Shown: positions 40,133 to 40,796 of the stretch, in pieces
Position numbering within the stretch: the stretch's first letter is position 1
How the letters are laid out: each line of letters begins with the position of its first letter
Assembly: GCA_017556515.1 (NCBI GenBank)
Contig: JAFYOD010000150.1
Coordinates: 1 to 40,796 of the forward strand
Source: Lachnospiraceae bacterium
GTDB lineage: Bacteria; Bacillota; Clostridia; Lachnospirales; Lachnospiraceae
DNA: 40,796 bases
Reading direction: 5' to 3'
The notes under the pieces: generated by a model
Seen by the model: the letters and a program-made list of their open reading frames with translations, nothing else
Told to the model about the DNA's origin: nothing
Databases searched by the model: none
Made by a program: the position numbers and the translations under genes

Positions 40133-40796
40133 TCGATACCATGGAGTACATCAAACGTGCACACCAGGGTGATAAAGAAGCCAGAGACTTTCTGGTTACA
40201 GAGAATATGGGACTGATCTGGAGTATCGTCCGAAGATTTTCGAATCGTGGATATGATATGGAGGATCTGTTTCAGATCGGAAGCATCGGTCTGATCAAAG
40301 CGATCGATAAATTCAATCTGGAAATGGATGTGAAGTTTTCCACATATGCAGTTCCGATGATCATGGGAGAGATCCGGCGCTTTTTGAGAGATGACGGGAT
40401 GATCAAGGTCAGCCGGCCGTTGAAAGAATTGGCAATAAAGGCAGGTCTTGCCAGAGAACGTCTGGAGTATAAATTGGGGCGAGAACCAACGATTGAAGAA
40501 ATTGCAAAGGAAGTGGGATACAGTCGAGAAGAAGTGGCTGCATCGTTCGAAGCCGGTGCAGAGGTAGAATCCATTTATCGTCCCTTAAATTTCGAAGATG
40601 AATCAGGAGGATGTTTGATCGATAAACTATCAGGCAGTGACTTGGAAAATGAACATTTATTGAATCGAATGGTTTTGACGGAAGTCTTGAAAGGACTAAA
40701 GCCACAGGAACAGCAGATTATTTTTGCAAGATATTTTGAGAATCAGACCCAGACCATGATTGCCAACAGCCTGGGTATTTCTCAGGTACAGGTATC
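40129..40796 (+). CDS. sigF: Sporulation sigma factor SigF (3' truncated)
   Basis: ATGA overlap with spoIIAB; MIDTMEYIKRAHQGDKEARD..NMGLIWSIVRRF..EDLFQIGSIGLIKAIDKF..FSTYAVPMIMGEIRRFLRDDG; runs off the window. Confidence 0.93.
   Translation, partial: MIDTMEYIKRAHQGDKEARDFLVTENMGLIWSIVRRFSNRGYDMEDLFQIGSIGLIKAIDKFNLEMDVKFSTYAVPMIMGEIRRFLRDDGMIKVSRPLKELAIKAGLARERLEYKLGREPTIEEIAKEVGYSREEVAASFEAGAEVESIYRPLNFEDESGGCLIDKLSGSDLENEHLLNRMVLTEVLKGLKPQEQQIIFARYFENQTQTMIANSLGISQVQV

Overview
Core-genome window of an anaerobic, probably spore-forming Firmicute (Lachnospiraceae-like Clostridia, inferred from gene content and order). From left to right: 3' part of glnS; a MORN-like membrane protein; a ketopantoate-reductase-family gene divergent from a complete 2-hydroxyglutarate glutamate-fermentation cluster (gcdDCB-gctAB-gcdA-hgdCAB); an acyltransferase-3 gene; an IclR regulator; CIRCE-controlled groES-groEL; CYTH, DUF975 and DJ-1 genes; tig-clpP-clpX-lon-yihA; a DUF4364-like gene divergent from an uncharacterised three-gene module (1192-aa scaffold, degenerate Hsp70-fold protein, TPR protein); a valine T-box leader followed by three unrelated genes and then valS; a 46-aa ORF and a membrane TPR protein; and spoIIAA-spoIIAB-sigF (truncated by the window end). 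No mobile elements, CRISPR, tRNA or rRNA were seen. The best leads are the pseudo-Hsp70/scaffold/TPR module, a candidate Na+ riboswitch before the Na+-pumping decarboxylase operon, the displaced Val T-box, and the PanE-like gene as a possible missing 2-oxoglutarate reductase. Family names come from recalled motifs, not database searches.
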